The notes: generated by a model not told the origin, from the sequence alone. A stretch of 64,000 nt of DNA from Candidatus Bathyarchaeota archaeon (GCA_963706285.1 CAVPLU010000013.1:104762-168761); one strand, 5' to 3'. Numbered from the stretch's first letter, positions 50,623 to 62,423 are shown. Numbers and translations are program-made.

Positions 50623-51465
50623 TTACAGGACCACTGTCTTCTGTCTATGTGCGTGACAGTCCATGTTGACTGCAACAGGCAGGCTTGTGATGTGACAGGG
50701 CAGGGTCTCAATATGAACCTCGATGGCCGTGGTTCTTCCGCCTAGTCCCATTGGGCCTATCCCAAGTTTGTTGATCTCACTGAGCAGTTCCGCCTCAAGT
50801 TGTGCGTAGAAGGGATCCGGATGCGGCTCACCAACTTCTCTCAGAAGAGCCTTTTTCGCAATCATGCAACATTGATCGAATGTTCCTCCGAGACCGACCC
50901 CGACGAGAACAGGGGGGCACGGGTTACCACCTGCATTCTTGATTGTACTCACAACGAACTTTTCCACACCTTTCACCCCGTCTGCAGGAGTCAGCATCTT
51001 GAAGGCGCTCATGTTTTCGCATCCTCCGCCCTTCGCCAAGAACGATAGCTTCAGCTTGTCACCTGGGACGAGCCACAATGTGACCATCGCCGGCGTGTTG
51101 TTGCCGGTGTTCTTCCGTCTCAGAGGATCCGCAACTATCGAGAACCGAAGGTATCCCTCACGATACCCATCAGCCACGCCCTTGTTTATCGCGTCGATAA
51201 GGCTTCCGCCTTCGACGTGAACATCCTGACCTATCTCGACAAAAAAGACTGCGTCCCCAGTGTCCTGGCAAATCGGGTAGCCTTCTTCACGGGCGATTCG
51301 TGAATTATCGACCAGCTGCTGGAGGACCTCTTTGCCAAGCGGCGATGTTTCCGCCTGCTGAGCTGATTTGAACTTCTCCACCATTTTGTCACTGAGGTTG
51401 TAGGTTGCCTCTATGCACATGCGTTTCGTTTGTTCGGCGATGTCCTCGAACTTAATTGTCTTCAT
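50623..51465 (-). CDS. Class I fumarate hydratase / tartrate dehydratase alpha subunit
   Basis: PICQDTG, KGGGCEN, GGNPCPP, GIGPMGLGG, CHAHR. Confidence 0.92.
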   Translation of the reverse strand: MKTIKFEDIAEQTKRMCIEATYNLSDKMVEKFKSAQQAETSPLGKEVLQQLVDNSRIAREEGYPICQDTGDAVFFVEIGQDVHVEGGSLIDAINKGVADGYREGYLRFSIVADPLRRKNTGNNTPAMVTLWLVPGDKLKLSFLAKGGGCENMSAFKMLTPADGVKGVEKFVVSTIKNAGGNPCPPVLVGVGLGGTFDQCCMIAKKALLREVGEPHPDPFYAQLEAELLSEINKLGIGPMGLGGRTTAIEVHIETLPCHITSLPVAVNMDCHAHRQKTVVL

Positions 51466-51740
51466 CTACTCACTCTCTTCGCGTGTAGGACACTTGCACG
51501 AAGTGACATCGTAGCGCTCATATCTATGATGAAGGGAAAGTGAATACAGTACTTATCTCCGCTCGAAGAATATGGTAATATTATCAGAAGGATTGGACAT
51601 CCACAATCGCTTGCACTCAACCCGAACTACTAAGATGTGCCGCATGGGACTGATCCGCCGTCTAACGGTGGAGGGGCATGCAAGAAAGCCTAAAATCACG
51701 TTCTTCTCAATAACGTCGACATAGCCATTGAGGGTGTACT

Positions 51741-53144
51741 ATGAAGGCTGAGTATGACGCAGTAGTAGTCGGAGCCGGCGTCGCAGGGTGCTTGGCTGCG
51801 ACTGCACTCGGTACCCACGCGAAAGAGTCTAAAGTCCTGCTGATCGACAGGAACCCCAAGACAGAGCCTGGCAAGAAGACGCCCCTGGGGTGGATATGTG
51901 GCGATGCCATGAATGCGACTCATGCCAAGTTCGTCCATGAAAGGCTCGGGATTACCTTCGGACCGCCCGAAATTGAGAATCGTGTCGACTCGGTCGTCGT
52001 TTGTTCACCTGACAAGAAGATAAGCCACCCGATCGAAGGTTCGGGATTCCTACTGGATAGACCGAAGTTTGCACGCCGCTTGCTAAATGAGGCCCTCGGA
52101 GCCGGAATCGAGTACCAAGATAAGACTCAGGCAGTGGGTCTCTTGACTGAAGGCGACTCCGTTACAGGGGTCGTCTGTCAAATTCAAGAAGGCAGCCAGA
52201 CACAATCACGCAAGATTCCCTCAAGACTTGTGATAGATGCATCAGGGATGTCAACGGTACTTAGACGGAATCTCGGCATTCGAAGCTACATCGAGAAAGA
52301 GTTACACAAAGATGATGTAGAACCAACGATTCGCATGAATGCTCGACTTGCCGATGACTCAAAAGTTGACACGTCTCGATGCGAGATATACTTGGATTCA
52401 GAAAAAGCCCCTGGAGGTTACCTGTGGATATTTCCAAAATCAAGCAACAAAGTCAATCTGGGTCTCGGTGTCCAGCAGAGGCGGTCCGACAAACCCCTCG
52501 ATACCTTGCTCAAAGAATGGATCGCTGATACGCCTGTCCTTAGAGGCTTGACACCACTCACAGATGACGGCAACGCGCCCGGAGCATGGCCGGTCTCGGT
52601 TCGACATCAGAACGATAGCTTGGTCGCAAATGGATTCATGATAGTGGGAGACGCCGGTTGGTTTCCGAACCCCATAAGCGCCGGCGGAATAGGGCCAGCC
52701 ATGACCGGCGGGGTGATAGCAGGCGAAGTCGCGGCTGCCGCGCTGCAGAGCGGCGACGTCAGCGAAGCAAACTTGTGGGAGTACAATACGAGATACGTTG
52801 AGGAGTATGGAAACAAGACTGCCGCGCTTGAGGCGTTCAGAATCTACCTGCAGACTTTGGACAATTCCGAACTCAACTATGGGCTGCGCAATTTTGTGAC
52901 CAACAAGGAGGCGGTTGCCTTCACTTTTGGTGAGATTCCTGAAATGAGCTTCGCTGATAAGATCGTGAAAGTGGCCCTTGGCCTGGGCAAATTGACTGCC
53001 TTCCGAAACCTCGTGTTTTCAGTCTCAAAGATGAACGCGCTCAATCGGCTGTACAGCGAATACCCGAAGACGCCGTCCAATTTCAGCGAATGGAAGAAGA
53101 AAGCGGACGCACTCCTTAATGAGGTCAGAGCCAGGTTTCGGTAA
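51741..53144 (+). CDS. Geranylgeranyl reductase family flavoprotein
   Basis: GAGVAG, ICGDA, PGGYLWIFPK, VGDAG, GGIGPA. Confidence 0.9.
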   Translation: MKAEYDAVVVGAGVAGCLAATALGTHAKESKVLLIDRNPKTEPGKKTPLGWICGDAMNATHAKFVHERLGITFGPPEIENRVDSVVVCSPDKKISHPIEGSGFLLDRPKFARRLLNEALGAGIEYQDKTQAVGLLTEGDSVTGVVCQIQEGSQTQSRKIPSRLVIDASGMSTVLRRNLGIRSYIEKELHKDDVEPTIRMNARLADDSKVDTSRCEIYLDSEKAPGGYLWIFPKSSNKVNLGLGVQQRRSDKPLDTLLKEWIADTPVLRGLTPLTDDGNAPGAWPVSVRHQNDSLVANGFMIVGDAGWFPNPISAGGIGPAMTGGVIAGEVAAAALQSGDVSEANLWEYNTRYVEEYGNKTAALEAFRIYLQTLDNSELNYGLRNFVTNKEAVAFTFGEIPEMSFADKIVKVALGLGKLTAFRNLVFSVSKMNALNRLYSEYPKTPSNFSEWKKKADALLNEVRARFR

Positions 53145-53172
53145 TATGTAGCGGGCCCACAAGCCCCATGTG

Positions 53173-53639
53173 TTAGCCATGACCAATCGAATCATGATGC
53201 GGCATCATGTTCTCGACCCAGTACGCCTTTTCAGAAGTGACCTCCTTTTTCCATATTGGGATCTCTTTCTTCACGCGCTCCACCGCCTCTTCCAGAACGG
53301 GAAAAACGAACTTGCGCCGAGTCCCGAGAACCACAATTGTCAAGCTCTCATCTCCAACTCCGAGCCTATCGACCACATGATGGATTGAGATGTCTACGAT
53401 TCCTTCCCTCTTCGCAAGATCATCTCGGAGTTCCTGCAGCTTCTGAACTGCTACCTCCTTGAAGGCTTCGTATTCAAGATACTGAACTTTGCTACTTGAA
53501 GATACGACGGGGTCATCCCTTACTATGCCGATGAACGTCGCGATTGCGCCTGCTTTAGCGGAGTCAGGCTATTTCGGATTTCACGCATGACCTGTTCGGC
53601 ACTGATATCTCCGCGAGAATGGATGCCGACGGTGCCCAA
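53173..53639 (-). CDS. moaE: Molybdopterin synthase catalytic subunit (shift near 53570)
   Basis: GAIATFIGIVR, LEYEA, VKKEIPIWKKE. Confidence 0.9.
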
Positions 53640-53716
53640 GAATCCCACTGTGCATGACTAGATAGGCGCTGATATGAAAACATCTCTCGCCCATGACGAG
53701 TGGATTACATTTGCAA

Positions 53717-54436
53717 CTATGGAATGAGAGGAGTAACCAAGAAGAGCACCATCGCACATGCGAACGGTACAGTGAAGTTGTCGAATGGCCTAATTGGACC
53801 GATCGTCAATGCCTCGGCAACAGTACCTACAAGGGCTCCCAAGAAGCAAAGAATGAAAATCGAAAATAGATCTGCGGATGTAATTCCTGTGAACAATGCG
53901 AGAGCGTATGAGACCAGAGCTCCCAAGAAAGCGAAGACAAACATCATCGCGGAGCCTTCAAACGACTTGTCTGAAAATGGGTAAAGATGCCTATTCTTGA
54001 GCGAAGGCGTAATCGCGGATGCGGCACCGTCGCCCCATGCCATCACCATCGTTGCAGCCATTATGATTGGCTTTTGACTCCAAAGAGCGACAAGTAAGGC
54101 GCCAATCGATATGATGTAGAAAACTGGCCCGTATGAGTGTAATCGCGAGTATCGCTTCTCATCGATCATTGACTGAGTCAGGAAGCTCTGCTTGCGGAGA
54201 GCGAATGAAAGGGCAGTAATTAGCCCCATTCCGATCGGGAGCAGAAGAGGATAGATAACACTCGAGAACAAAGGCACGAAGAGGATTGAATCTCCAGCGA
54301 ACAGGTGAATAGCTCTTCGCGTCGTGTAGGCGCCGAGGTTCAGTTTCCTTCTCAGAAATTCAACTGCACCTATTAGGAGAATCACAAGCACAAAAACCAG
54401 AACCGCGAGACTCAGATCAAAAAGAGAGAGTTGCAA
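53717..54436 (-). CDS. Phytol/dolichol kinase-like membrane protein (CTP-dependent)
   Basis: RRAIHL, AWGDGAAS, KSFEGS, FDNFTVP. Confidence 0.85.
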   Translation of the reverse strand: MQLSLFDLSLAVLVFVLVILLIGAVEFLRRKLNLGAYTTRRAIHLFAGDSILFVPLFSSVIYPLLLPIGMGLITALSFALRKQSFLTQSMIDEKRYSRLHSYGPVFYIISIGALLVALWSQKPIIMAATMVMAWGDGAASAITPSLKNRHLYPFSDKSFEGSAMMFVFAFLGALVSYALALFTGITSADLFSIFILCFLGALVGTVAEALTIGPIRPFDNFTVPFACAMVLFLVTPLIP

Positions 54437-54524
54437 GGCTCAGCACATTTCTGAAGCGATATATACTATGGTGGTTCTGCTCTGAATAAATAACATGCAA
54501 TGACGATTAGAGAAAACGCAGCCG

Positions 54525-55374
54525 ATGACAGAAATGGTTGACTTCGCAATCGTACTCGTTGCCGGCGCAATTTGTGCAGCCCTCGCAGTGGGAGCTTGGA
54601 GGACTCACATCCTTGACGAAGGCGGCGCCATCAGCGCATTTCTCATAGGCTTCGTGACTTTCGTCGTTCCTGCCGACGGCTGGAAATGGTTCGTTGTGCT
54701 CCTGGTTTTCCTTTCGGTTTCGAGCTACATGACACACTACAAGTATCAGGCAAAACGGAAGAAAGGATTCGCACAAGAGAAAGGCGGAGCACGCGGCTGG
54801 CCGAATGTCACCGCGAACGGCGTGGTCGCTGGACTCGTGGTACTGCTCATTCCCTTCTTTCCGCGAGAAACGATAATCTTGGCTGCGTTTCTAGGCGCCG
54901 TAGCGACGGCAAACGCAGACACATTAGCGACGGAGATCGGACTCCTGAACCCAAGCGACCCGCAGATTGATCACGGACTGGAGGAGGATCGTTCCCGCTG
55001 GAACATCTGGCGGCGTCTCCCTCTTTGGCGAGCTTGCCACGCTGCTCGGAGGCTTGGTTGTCGGTATTGTTGCTGGACTTTTGGGAATGACGGGCAATCC
55101 TGGTTGGCCCCTTGCTGTCTTGATCGGCACGACGATGATTGCAGGCTTGGTTGGATGCTCTGTCGACAGCATCATTGGAGCCACCGTTCAGGGAATCTAC
55201 AAATGCAGCATCTGCAACAAAATCACAGAGAACCGCAGACATTGCGGAGCCCCATCGATTCCGCTGAAGGGGCATAGGCTCATCGATAACAATGTCGTTA
55301 ATCTGATCGCGACAATCTTCGGGGCGGCATTTGCTGTCTTCAGTTCTAGTTTTCGGATGAGTACTCAAGCGTAA
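54525..55374 (+). CDS. DUF92 / TMEM19 membrane protein (shift near 54965)
   Basis: RGWPNVTANG, ADTLATEIG, GTSGGVS, DSIIGATVQ, DNNVVN. Confidence 0.9.
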
Positions 55375-55723
55375 GCTGCATCATACAGAAACAGTTGACA
55401 GATTTCGGATCAAGCAGGCCTTATTATCCGGTTCAACCTCACACGAACTTGGCGACAATGAAGATTCAGAGTTACGCAAGATGGCTGTGATTTGAAGGCA
55501 TTATTCTGAGTCGCCGCTCATCGTGCAGAATGACAGGTGAACATTGACGATTCTTCTCTGACCCATGTGAAAACGCAAATGGTTATAAGATAAAGTAGGC
55601 TTACTGACATCTTATGCAGTTCTTCATGGCGATAACAGGGACAGGTTTGGGTAAATTTCGCTCTGGTGGGGCTCTCGCATTCTTATATAGGATAGACGGG
55701 CTGGATGAAAGGTTGGGATCTAC

Positions 55724-57448
55724 TTGGTGAAATTGTCTCGTTGGCTGACTCTTCTCATTCTCATGCTGAGCGTTGTCTCCCTGGCGACGCCTGCTCAAGC
55801 CGCACTGACCTACACGATTTCCGCCGTTGACTGGACGAGCACCACAGGCCAAATGGCAGGATTTGTGACCAATCGGATCAGTGTGACCAGCTCGGGCACG
55901 GGCACCACGCCCAATACAGTTACGCTGTATTTGTCGGACTATTACTATGGGTCATACTACGGATCATACTATGGGTTCTTTTCTCCTAGTCAACTGACTT
56001 TCACTGGTCCTGGGCAGACCAAGATCTCCACCCTTACGATTCCGCTTCCGGACCCAGCCCAGGTCTGCCCTGGTCAGCAGGGCGCATATTTGTTCACCAA
56101 CTCCTTCATGGTCCTGGGAAAGGATTCAGGAGGTACCACGATATCTGGTCCGACGCTGACAATCAATCTGCTGCCAACCTACGGTCAACTGACCGTTCAC
56201 ATCGTGCCGACTAAGACTTCATACATGAAGGGTGAAACGGTCACTCTCAACATGGATTCCAATCTCCCAGCACAGTACTCTCTGACGGTGAAAAAGCCGG
56301 ATGGCAGCGAATGGGGGAACGCACAAGGAATCTTCACGCCTCTATCTGCGACTTTCTCAAAGACCGCGGCTGATCCTCTGGGAACCTACACTGCACAATT
56401 GACTGCTACCTATTGTGGGACAGCTCAGGCTACCGCAACGTTCGCGATTCTTCCCAACACTTATGACATCACCATCTCGTTGGCCGGGCTCTCTACAAAT
56501 TCGACCGCATTGCTCGTGGATGGAAGCAAAGTAGCCGATATGAAGGGCGGGGACGTGAAAGTGCTAAGTTATGCGATTGGCAGCTCACACACGTTTCAAG
56601 TCGATCAATACATCACCGGGGCAACCGGCTACAGATACTACTGCGCATCGAACAGTTGGACAGCCAACGCGGCAGGATCCAACGTGTTCAACTATGTCAC
56701 GCAGGTCTACTTGAATGTGAGTGTAGAACCGGCTGGCATTACCGACGTGACTACCTCAGGTTGGTACGCTAAAGGAGCAACGCGCATCAATCTCCGCGGT
56801 TCCCTGCTGAAGTTGAGGGCACAAAAGGCACGAAGTACGTCTTCACCGCCTGGACCATTGATGGGACACAAAGATCCGGCAACGGGTTTGCAGTAGTCAT
56901 GGATGCGCCTCACGCGATCGTTGCAAAATTCGATACAATGTTTATGCTGACTGTCGTCTCTGAGTACGGGAACCCCACAGGTAGCGGCTACTACAAGTCC
57001 GGGGATACCGCACCATTTTCGGTGACTTCTCCAGTCGGCTTTGGAATACGTGAAGTCTTTGTTGAGTGGAGGGGCGATTATGCCGGCAAGAATCCGAACG
57101 GCTCAATCATGATGGACGGACCGAAGACTGTAACCGCCGTCTGGACAACAGACTACTTCCAAATCTATCTAATCGCTGGGGGCGTCATCGCCGCCATAGC
57201 CATCGTCGGTCGCTCTGCTCCTTTTGATGAGAAGAAGACGCGGACCATCAGCTGTTAAACCACCTCCGCCACCACCACCTCCGCCACCTGAAGCTTCTGG
57301 AACCGCAGAATCGGTTATGCCAGTTCCAGAAACTGAGACTGTGACGAAGCCACCAGTCTCCATTGCGTTACGATGCACGAACTGCGGTCACGAGCTGAAG
57401 CAAGGACTGGTCTACTGCCCAGAATGCGGCCAGAAACAAACCGACTAG
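55724..57448 (+). CDS. Secreted surface protein with transmembrane anchor, Pro-rich linker and Zn ribbon (several shifts)
   Basis: Signal peptide, GWY/GSGYY repeat units, PPPPPPPPPP, CTNC...CPECG across three ORFs. Confidence 0.7.
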
Positions 57449-57541
57449 CTACTGATCCGCTGACCCGACCCCAATTCTTTCATTTCTCTATACTGAGTCC
57501 TAGGGCTGACTATACCAAATCAATGGAAAAATCGCCGTCGA

Positions 57542-58312
57542 ATGGAAAGAATGACATTGAGTGCACAAAAAGACACAGACCCGACCGAACAAGCGAAGAC
57601 AATTGTAAGAATAGCGCAAGAGAATGGAGTAACGCTGAGAGTCATTGGAGGGTTGGCAATCAGATTCCACTGCCATGGTCCCCACTCTCAACATCTGCGA
57701 GATTACCAGGATATCGACTTTTTTGGTTTCAGGATAGAAGTCGACAGAATCAAGATAGTCTTTGAAAAGATGCACTATCTGCCAAACAGAAAGTACAACA
57801 TGCTGTACGGCGCAACTCGTTTGCAGTTCATACTCGGGGAATCACAGAATAGCGTCGACGTTTTCCTTGACAGATTCATAATGGATCACACAATTGATTT
57901 CAGGCCGCGTCTTCGATTGGACGACCTGACGATACCGATCACAGATCTGTTATTGACCAAGCTACAGATTGTGAAATTGAATGAGAAAGACGTGAAGGAT
58001 ATTGTGGCAATTGTGGAAGACCATGAACTTGGGCATGTCAACGATCATGAAACGCTCAATCTAGAGTACATGGCACAACTATGTTCGCGAGATTGGGGCC
58101 TGCATAAGACCGTTACCGACAACATACGAAAAATCGATCCCATGACGAAAGTGTTGGGAATGGAAGAAAGCAGAAATCTGATGCAGAAGCTGAACACGAT
58201 TCTGAGCAGCCTCATTACGGCGAAGAAAGGACTCAAGTGGACAATTAGAAACCTGATCGGCGAGCGAGTCAAGTGGTATGATGAGGTCGAAATGGGAGAA
58301 GACGAAGTGTGA
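57542..58312 (+). CDS. Nucleotidyltransferase-fold protein
   Basis: IGGLA...DIDF, LLLTKLQ, KDVKD. Confidence 0.75.
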   Translation: MERMTLSAQKDTDPTEQAKTIVRIAQENGVTLRVIGGLAIRFHCHGPHSQHLRDYQDIDFFGFRIEVDRIKIVFEKMHYLPNRKYNMLYGATRLQFILGESQNSVDVFLDRFIMDHTIDFRPRLRLDDLTIPITDLLLTKLQIVKLNEKDVKDIVAIVEDHELGHVNDHETLNLEYMAQLCSRDWGLHKTVTDNIRKIDPMTKVLGMEESRNLMQKLNTILSSLITAKKGLKWTIRNLIGERVKWYDEVEMGEDEV

Positions 58313-58592
58313 CGCGCGAGTATCGGTTCTGCATGAAGAGAGGATTAGGCTTCGAAAATGCGGGTGACCGCTCTTGAAATTCCGAGGGCCTGTTGCTCCC
58401 CTGAGCTTCAATTGCCCTTTTCTTGAAGTCGTCGAATCTGTCCTTGTCTGCCGTTAGTCCCATGTGATCCCAAATGATCTGTGACAGCCAGTCGCAATAT
58501 TGAACCTGCCAAAGAGATCTCGTTCGAAGGCTGCACCAGGAATCCATAAGTCACGGTCGTCATTGTTCCGGTCTTGCTGAAAGGAGAATGAG

Positions 58593-59117
58593 ATGATGGA
58601 TTCTTTCTGGACTCATGGAAACGTCGCTTCGGTTCAAACAGGGAATGCGAACCAAAATGCAAGGATACAATCTATCGAGCGACGAGGATGGGGCACAGTT
58701 ATCCATGTAGAGACCCCGAGCCAGGGGACTTTCCATCGCCTGTGGTACGATCCATATGACTTCTACGTTCACCTCCCCTTGACAAACGGCGTTCTGCTTG
58801 GTGACAGGAGACCAACAGTGAGACGAGTGTTCGTCATGTGGACAGCGAACAGCCGCGGCGTCGACATAGAACGCGTCGACGTCTGGGATGGTGCAAACCT
58901 GAAAGCGACAATCAGGCCCACCCATGATCAGGTACACAGTTTCGACAATGATCTTTCACATTGGAACCGAAATCTGCACCCCAACGTAAACCAGTGGGAG
59001 GTTAATCCACAATTCCCTGTTCAGTTCGGCGTGGGAATATCAATCCACTTCCACGTAAATCACGTCGAACAGGGAGTTGATTTCACCATCTCGGCAGCAG
59101 GGGTCGACCTAGAATAG
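58593..59117 (+). CDS. Hypothetical beta-rich protein
   Basis: 174-aa ORF after AAGGAG; WTHGN start, SAAGVD end. Confidence 0.7.
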   Translation: MMDSFWTHGNVASVQTGNANQNARIQSIERRGWGTVIHVETPSQGTFHRLWYDPYDFYVHLPLTNGVLLGDRRPTVRRVFVMWTANSRGVDIERVDVWDGANLKATIRPTHDQVHSFDNDLSHWNRNLHPNVNQWEVNPQFPVQFGVGISIHFHVNHVEQGVDFTISAAGVDLE

Positions 59118-59330
59118 AATGGAGCCGCCAAACGAATCCGATATTCTGGCCCTAGCAGTTCAAATTGCTGACAGCCGTGGAACATAATCTACTTCGCGAT
59201 CACCTTGATGCGGCCAATCATCTACTACGTCAACTGCCAGCGCGAGAACAGGAAGAGAGCCTCATCTGTCAGTGTTTGAGGCTGGAATCACCGGGACGAT
59301 CGAGAAACGACGCGGCTGGCTAGCGCTGAA

Positions 59331-60032
59331 TTACCTAAGTCCCAGAAAGAACGTTGCCGCTGTAAGGAGTAGAATCAATCCGCTCACCTTGGGGATCAGG
59401 TGTTCATACTTGTTGAGTCGTGTTTGAACCTGAGAGTAGGCTATGACCGAGAATACCGATATGCCGACCAAAGCTGCCGTGACCGCGAGAGCATAGGTCA
59501 GCATGAGTATCAACGGATCTATCCCGCCAACCGCAAACGCTAGCAGAGCAAACTCCTCCTCATGGGCGAAACCAAGTATCAATGCGAAACCTGCGATACT
59601 AGCCAAAGAAATGAACACCTTCTTCGTGTGCCTATGATTGTGAACGTGAACGGAGCCATCACTATGAGTGTGTGGGTGACTGTGTTCTCGTCCCTCAAAG
59701 TCATCGTGTAAATGGCCATGGTTCTCCTCCAGCTCCGTCTTTGGTTTCTCAATCAGGAATCGTACGGCCAAGATAACAAGCGCACCTCCAGCAATGATGT
59801 TGATGTATGGAATTGAGAACGAAAAGACGGCTCTCAGAACAACGTAAACTGCAACAACAGCTACCGACGAGACCAAGTGCGCCATTGAGATGACCCATCC
59901 TGACAGAAACGCTTTTGTCAAGGGATGTGGTCGACCGCTCGCATAGAGCATAGCAACGGGCCAACCGTGCCCAGGTTCCAGTCCGTGCAGAAAACCAATC
60001 GAGGCGACAGCTAAGTACGCGGCTTCGATCAT
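59331..60032 (-). CDS. His-rich Ni/Co transporter (NicO/RcnA-like)
   Basis: LHGLEPGHGW, His-rich loop, GFAHEEE. Confidence 0.85.
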   Translation of the reverse strand: MIEAAYLAVASIGFLHGLEPGHGWPVAMLYASGRPHPLTKAFLSGWVISMAHLVSSVAVVAVYVVLRAVFSFSIPYINIIAGGALVILAVRFLIEKPKTELEENHGHLHDDFEGREHSHPHTHSDGSVHVHNHRHTKKVFISLASIAGFALILGFAHEEEFALLAFAVGGIDPLILMLTYALAVTAALVGISVFSVIAYSQVQTRLNKYEHLIPKVSGLILLLTAATFFLGLR

Positions 60033-60190
60033 GCGCAGACACGACTAAGAGTCGAATTTACAAGTTGTGCCTCACTGACATCTACCCAGGCTCAGGGGTC
60101 AACATCCACGATTGCATGCCAGTGCAGTGTCGCTATTTCTCAAGGATCAGCTGAGCCATGTTGCCAATTGAACTTTTCGACGTGCCATCC

Positions 60191-60935
60191 TAGAGGTAGA
60201 GGTACACGATGTTGACTTGCGCGGTTACTGTGATCGATCCTGAGGGCACTACAGGCGTGCTGGGAGGTACAACACCGCCTGACACGTCTCTTTGTCTCTG
60301 CTACGTAGATTGGCCCCCAGTAGTTCGTTGATAATGACGCGATGCCTATGACGAACCCGCCCGTAGCACCTACGATTGCGTCAGCTTGTCCACGAGCATC
60401 CTCAACGGCTTTCTTGTATGCTTGAGCGCGTAGACTGTTGTAGGTTGCGTCCTTGAAACTGAATCCGATGTAGTCGATCTGGGTGACACCTGCCTGAACT
60501 ATCTTGTCGATGACATTGCCAACTCTGGAGAGGTCATCGACGGTGACTTGGATTGATTGGATCACTTCATACCCGATTATTTCTCCAGCTCGTCGCAGTC
60601 GGCGGGAACGTGGGGCAGTAGCCTTCCTTACAGTAGTCAGTCTGGTTGTAGACTGGATTTAGCGAGTATCCGCTCGTGGTGATGGCTTCCTTGGCGATAC
60701 CCTCAGCCGTCAGCGCTGCCATGACTTTGTCCATAATCGCTGCTTGTTTAGAGACAGCGTTGGCCGCTAGGACATCTTGTATTCGGACGGTGAATGCGAT
60801 CTGTCCTTGATCTGGTGTAGCGCTTACTGTACCCGTCCCTGATACGGAGATTCGTGGTATTGCGAAGTAGTAGAGGAAAACGCCTAGCACAACTATTGCT
60901 ACCAAACTGATGGCGATTACACGTTTACGCATCAT
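60191..60935 (-). CDS. SIMPL (DUF541) domain protein (frameshifted)
   Basis: ISVSGTGTVSATPD, YSLNPVY, VIDKIVQAG, AVEDAR. End approximate. Confidence 0.85.
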
Positions 60936-60976
60936 ATCTCACGACCTATTCACCTGAGCCACCCCAAGATGAATCA

Positions 60977-61016
60977 AACGATTAGAACATCGCTTCGAAC
61001 GATTAGAACAGCGCTT
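60977..61016. repeat. Direct repeat AACGATTAGAACA(T/G)CGCTT x2, period 21
   Basis: Copies start at 60977 and 60998. Confidence 0.85.
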
Positions 61017-61144
61017 TCAGGTCCATGGAAAAGGCCGATCATATGTGGTATTTGGAAGACCCTATGCTAGCTGTCATATGATTAGGTCTCCTCCTTTCTA
61101 TTCCACTTGCGGATTCTTATGCGACATGAACATGCTGTAATGAT

Positions 61145-61579
61145 ATGACAAACTGGCGAGAGATCCATAGCTCAAGGCATCTCATTGGCAGACTACAGTA
61201 TGGCTCTGACTTGCTGGACGAGATCACGAGAATATGCAGGGAAGAGAAAGTCCAACTGGGACGGGTCGAGGCCTTAGGTGCAGTCAGCAAAGCAAGACTT
61301 GCCTACTATGATCAACAGGCAAGAGAGTACAGATTCATCGACATGGAGAATGAATTCGAGATAACAAAGCTCGTTGGAAATGTGTCTCTGAAAGACGGGG
61401 AACCGATGGTTCACGCACATGTGACGCTAGCAGATAGAGAGGGTAGAGCGTACGGAGGACATCTAGCCCCAGGCACAGTAGTTTTCGCCTGTGAGTTCAT
61501 CATAGAAGCCTTCGAAGGATCCTTGCTCACGCGTTCCTACGATGTGGAGACTGGTCTTCAACTCTGGAGTATGAAATGA
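61145..61579 (+). CDS. PPC (DUF296) domain protein
   Basis: LGAVS, LVGNVS, VHAHVTL, YGGHL. Confidence 0.92.
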   Translation: MTNWREIHSSRHLIGRLQYGSDLLDEITRICREEKVQLGRVEALGAVSKARLAYYDQQAREYRFIDMENEFEITKLVGNVSLKDGEPMVHAHVTLADREGRAYGGHLAPGTVVFACEFIIEAFEGSLLTRSYDVETGLQLWSMK

Positions 61580-62423
61580 AGATCTAGTCGAACTTCCTTG
61601 ATGCCGAGACGCTCTCCGTTATTTCGAGCAGTAGCTTAAGGCTGAAAAGAAAAGATATGAGCCGTAGCGGCAACATGAGCACCCCTCCGTCATCGTCGAA
61701 CTGTCAACGAAGCTATAGCTCGTCAGGACCCCGGTGCGTTTGCGAAGGCTGACGCTGGTTTTAGACGCTGTTTTGGCTCCCGGGACTGCCTTCCTCTGTC
61801 TAAGATAAGGGTAATGTGGGTAAGGTGCGTCGCGTTCTCTCTTTTCTTCATACCCACAGGGTACACGCACAGCGTGTAATTTTCACCATTTGCAGATGAA
61901 GAATAGGGGTGTTTTGACCCCCCACATGCCTAATCATACGGTGTACCACGACGACATACGACGACGGCTTGCCAGGCTAGCCTATACTTTAGATTGTATA
62001 GCCTTAACTCGTGGCTTCCATGCCTTTCATTTGAGAACATGAGCGCACTAGGGTGTTGTAGGCGGCCACTTTACGAGTCTGTGCCTAAATCGTCATTGGA
62101 GCTTGCGCAGGATCAGTTTCGCAGGGCATTCCATCAGCCTGTCACTGAAACCTGGCGCTGCAGCAGTTGTGGCACTGTAGTAGTTATGCCAAGGGCGACT
62201 TGAAGGTTAAGTGGCTGCCGACGAGCAGGCAACTGCTCTAAACTCAAAGGTTGCTGTTTTGCGCATGTTTCCCGTGTGGGTGATGACGACGCCTGCCAGG
62301 GCTGGCTATGTGTGTTCGCGACTGCAAAATGGCAGTTGACTTCCGGTTGTTATAGGTGCAGCTTTTCATATGAACCTGCAGTAATGATGGAAGGCGATTG
62401 CGGTCATATTGGTGGTGAATATT

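Noticed and set aside
18820-57230. Frameshifts in valS, secY, tdh, rps4e, rpl24, rpp29, rpl3, SPOUT, radical SAM, moaE, DUF92 and others as programmed frameshifts, introns or pseudogenes
   Set aside because: Those inspected closely (valS, secY, rpl24, rpl3, radical SAM, cbf5 5' end) are repaired by removing one base, lack BHB or slippery-site context and hit essential genes. This is typical of unpolished long-read assembly.
57259-57290. CCA/CCT/CCG microsatellite
   Set aside because: It simply encodes a poly-proline linker.
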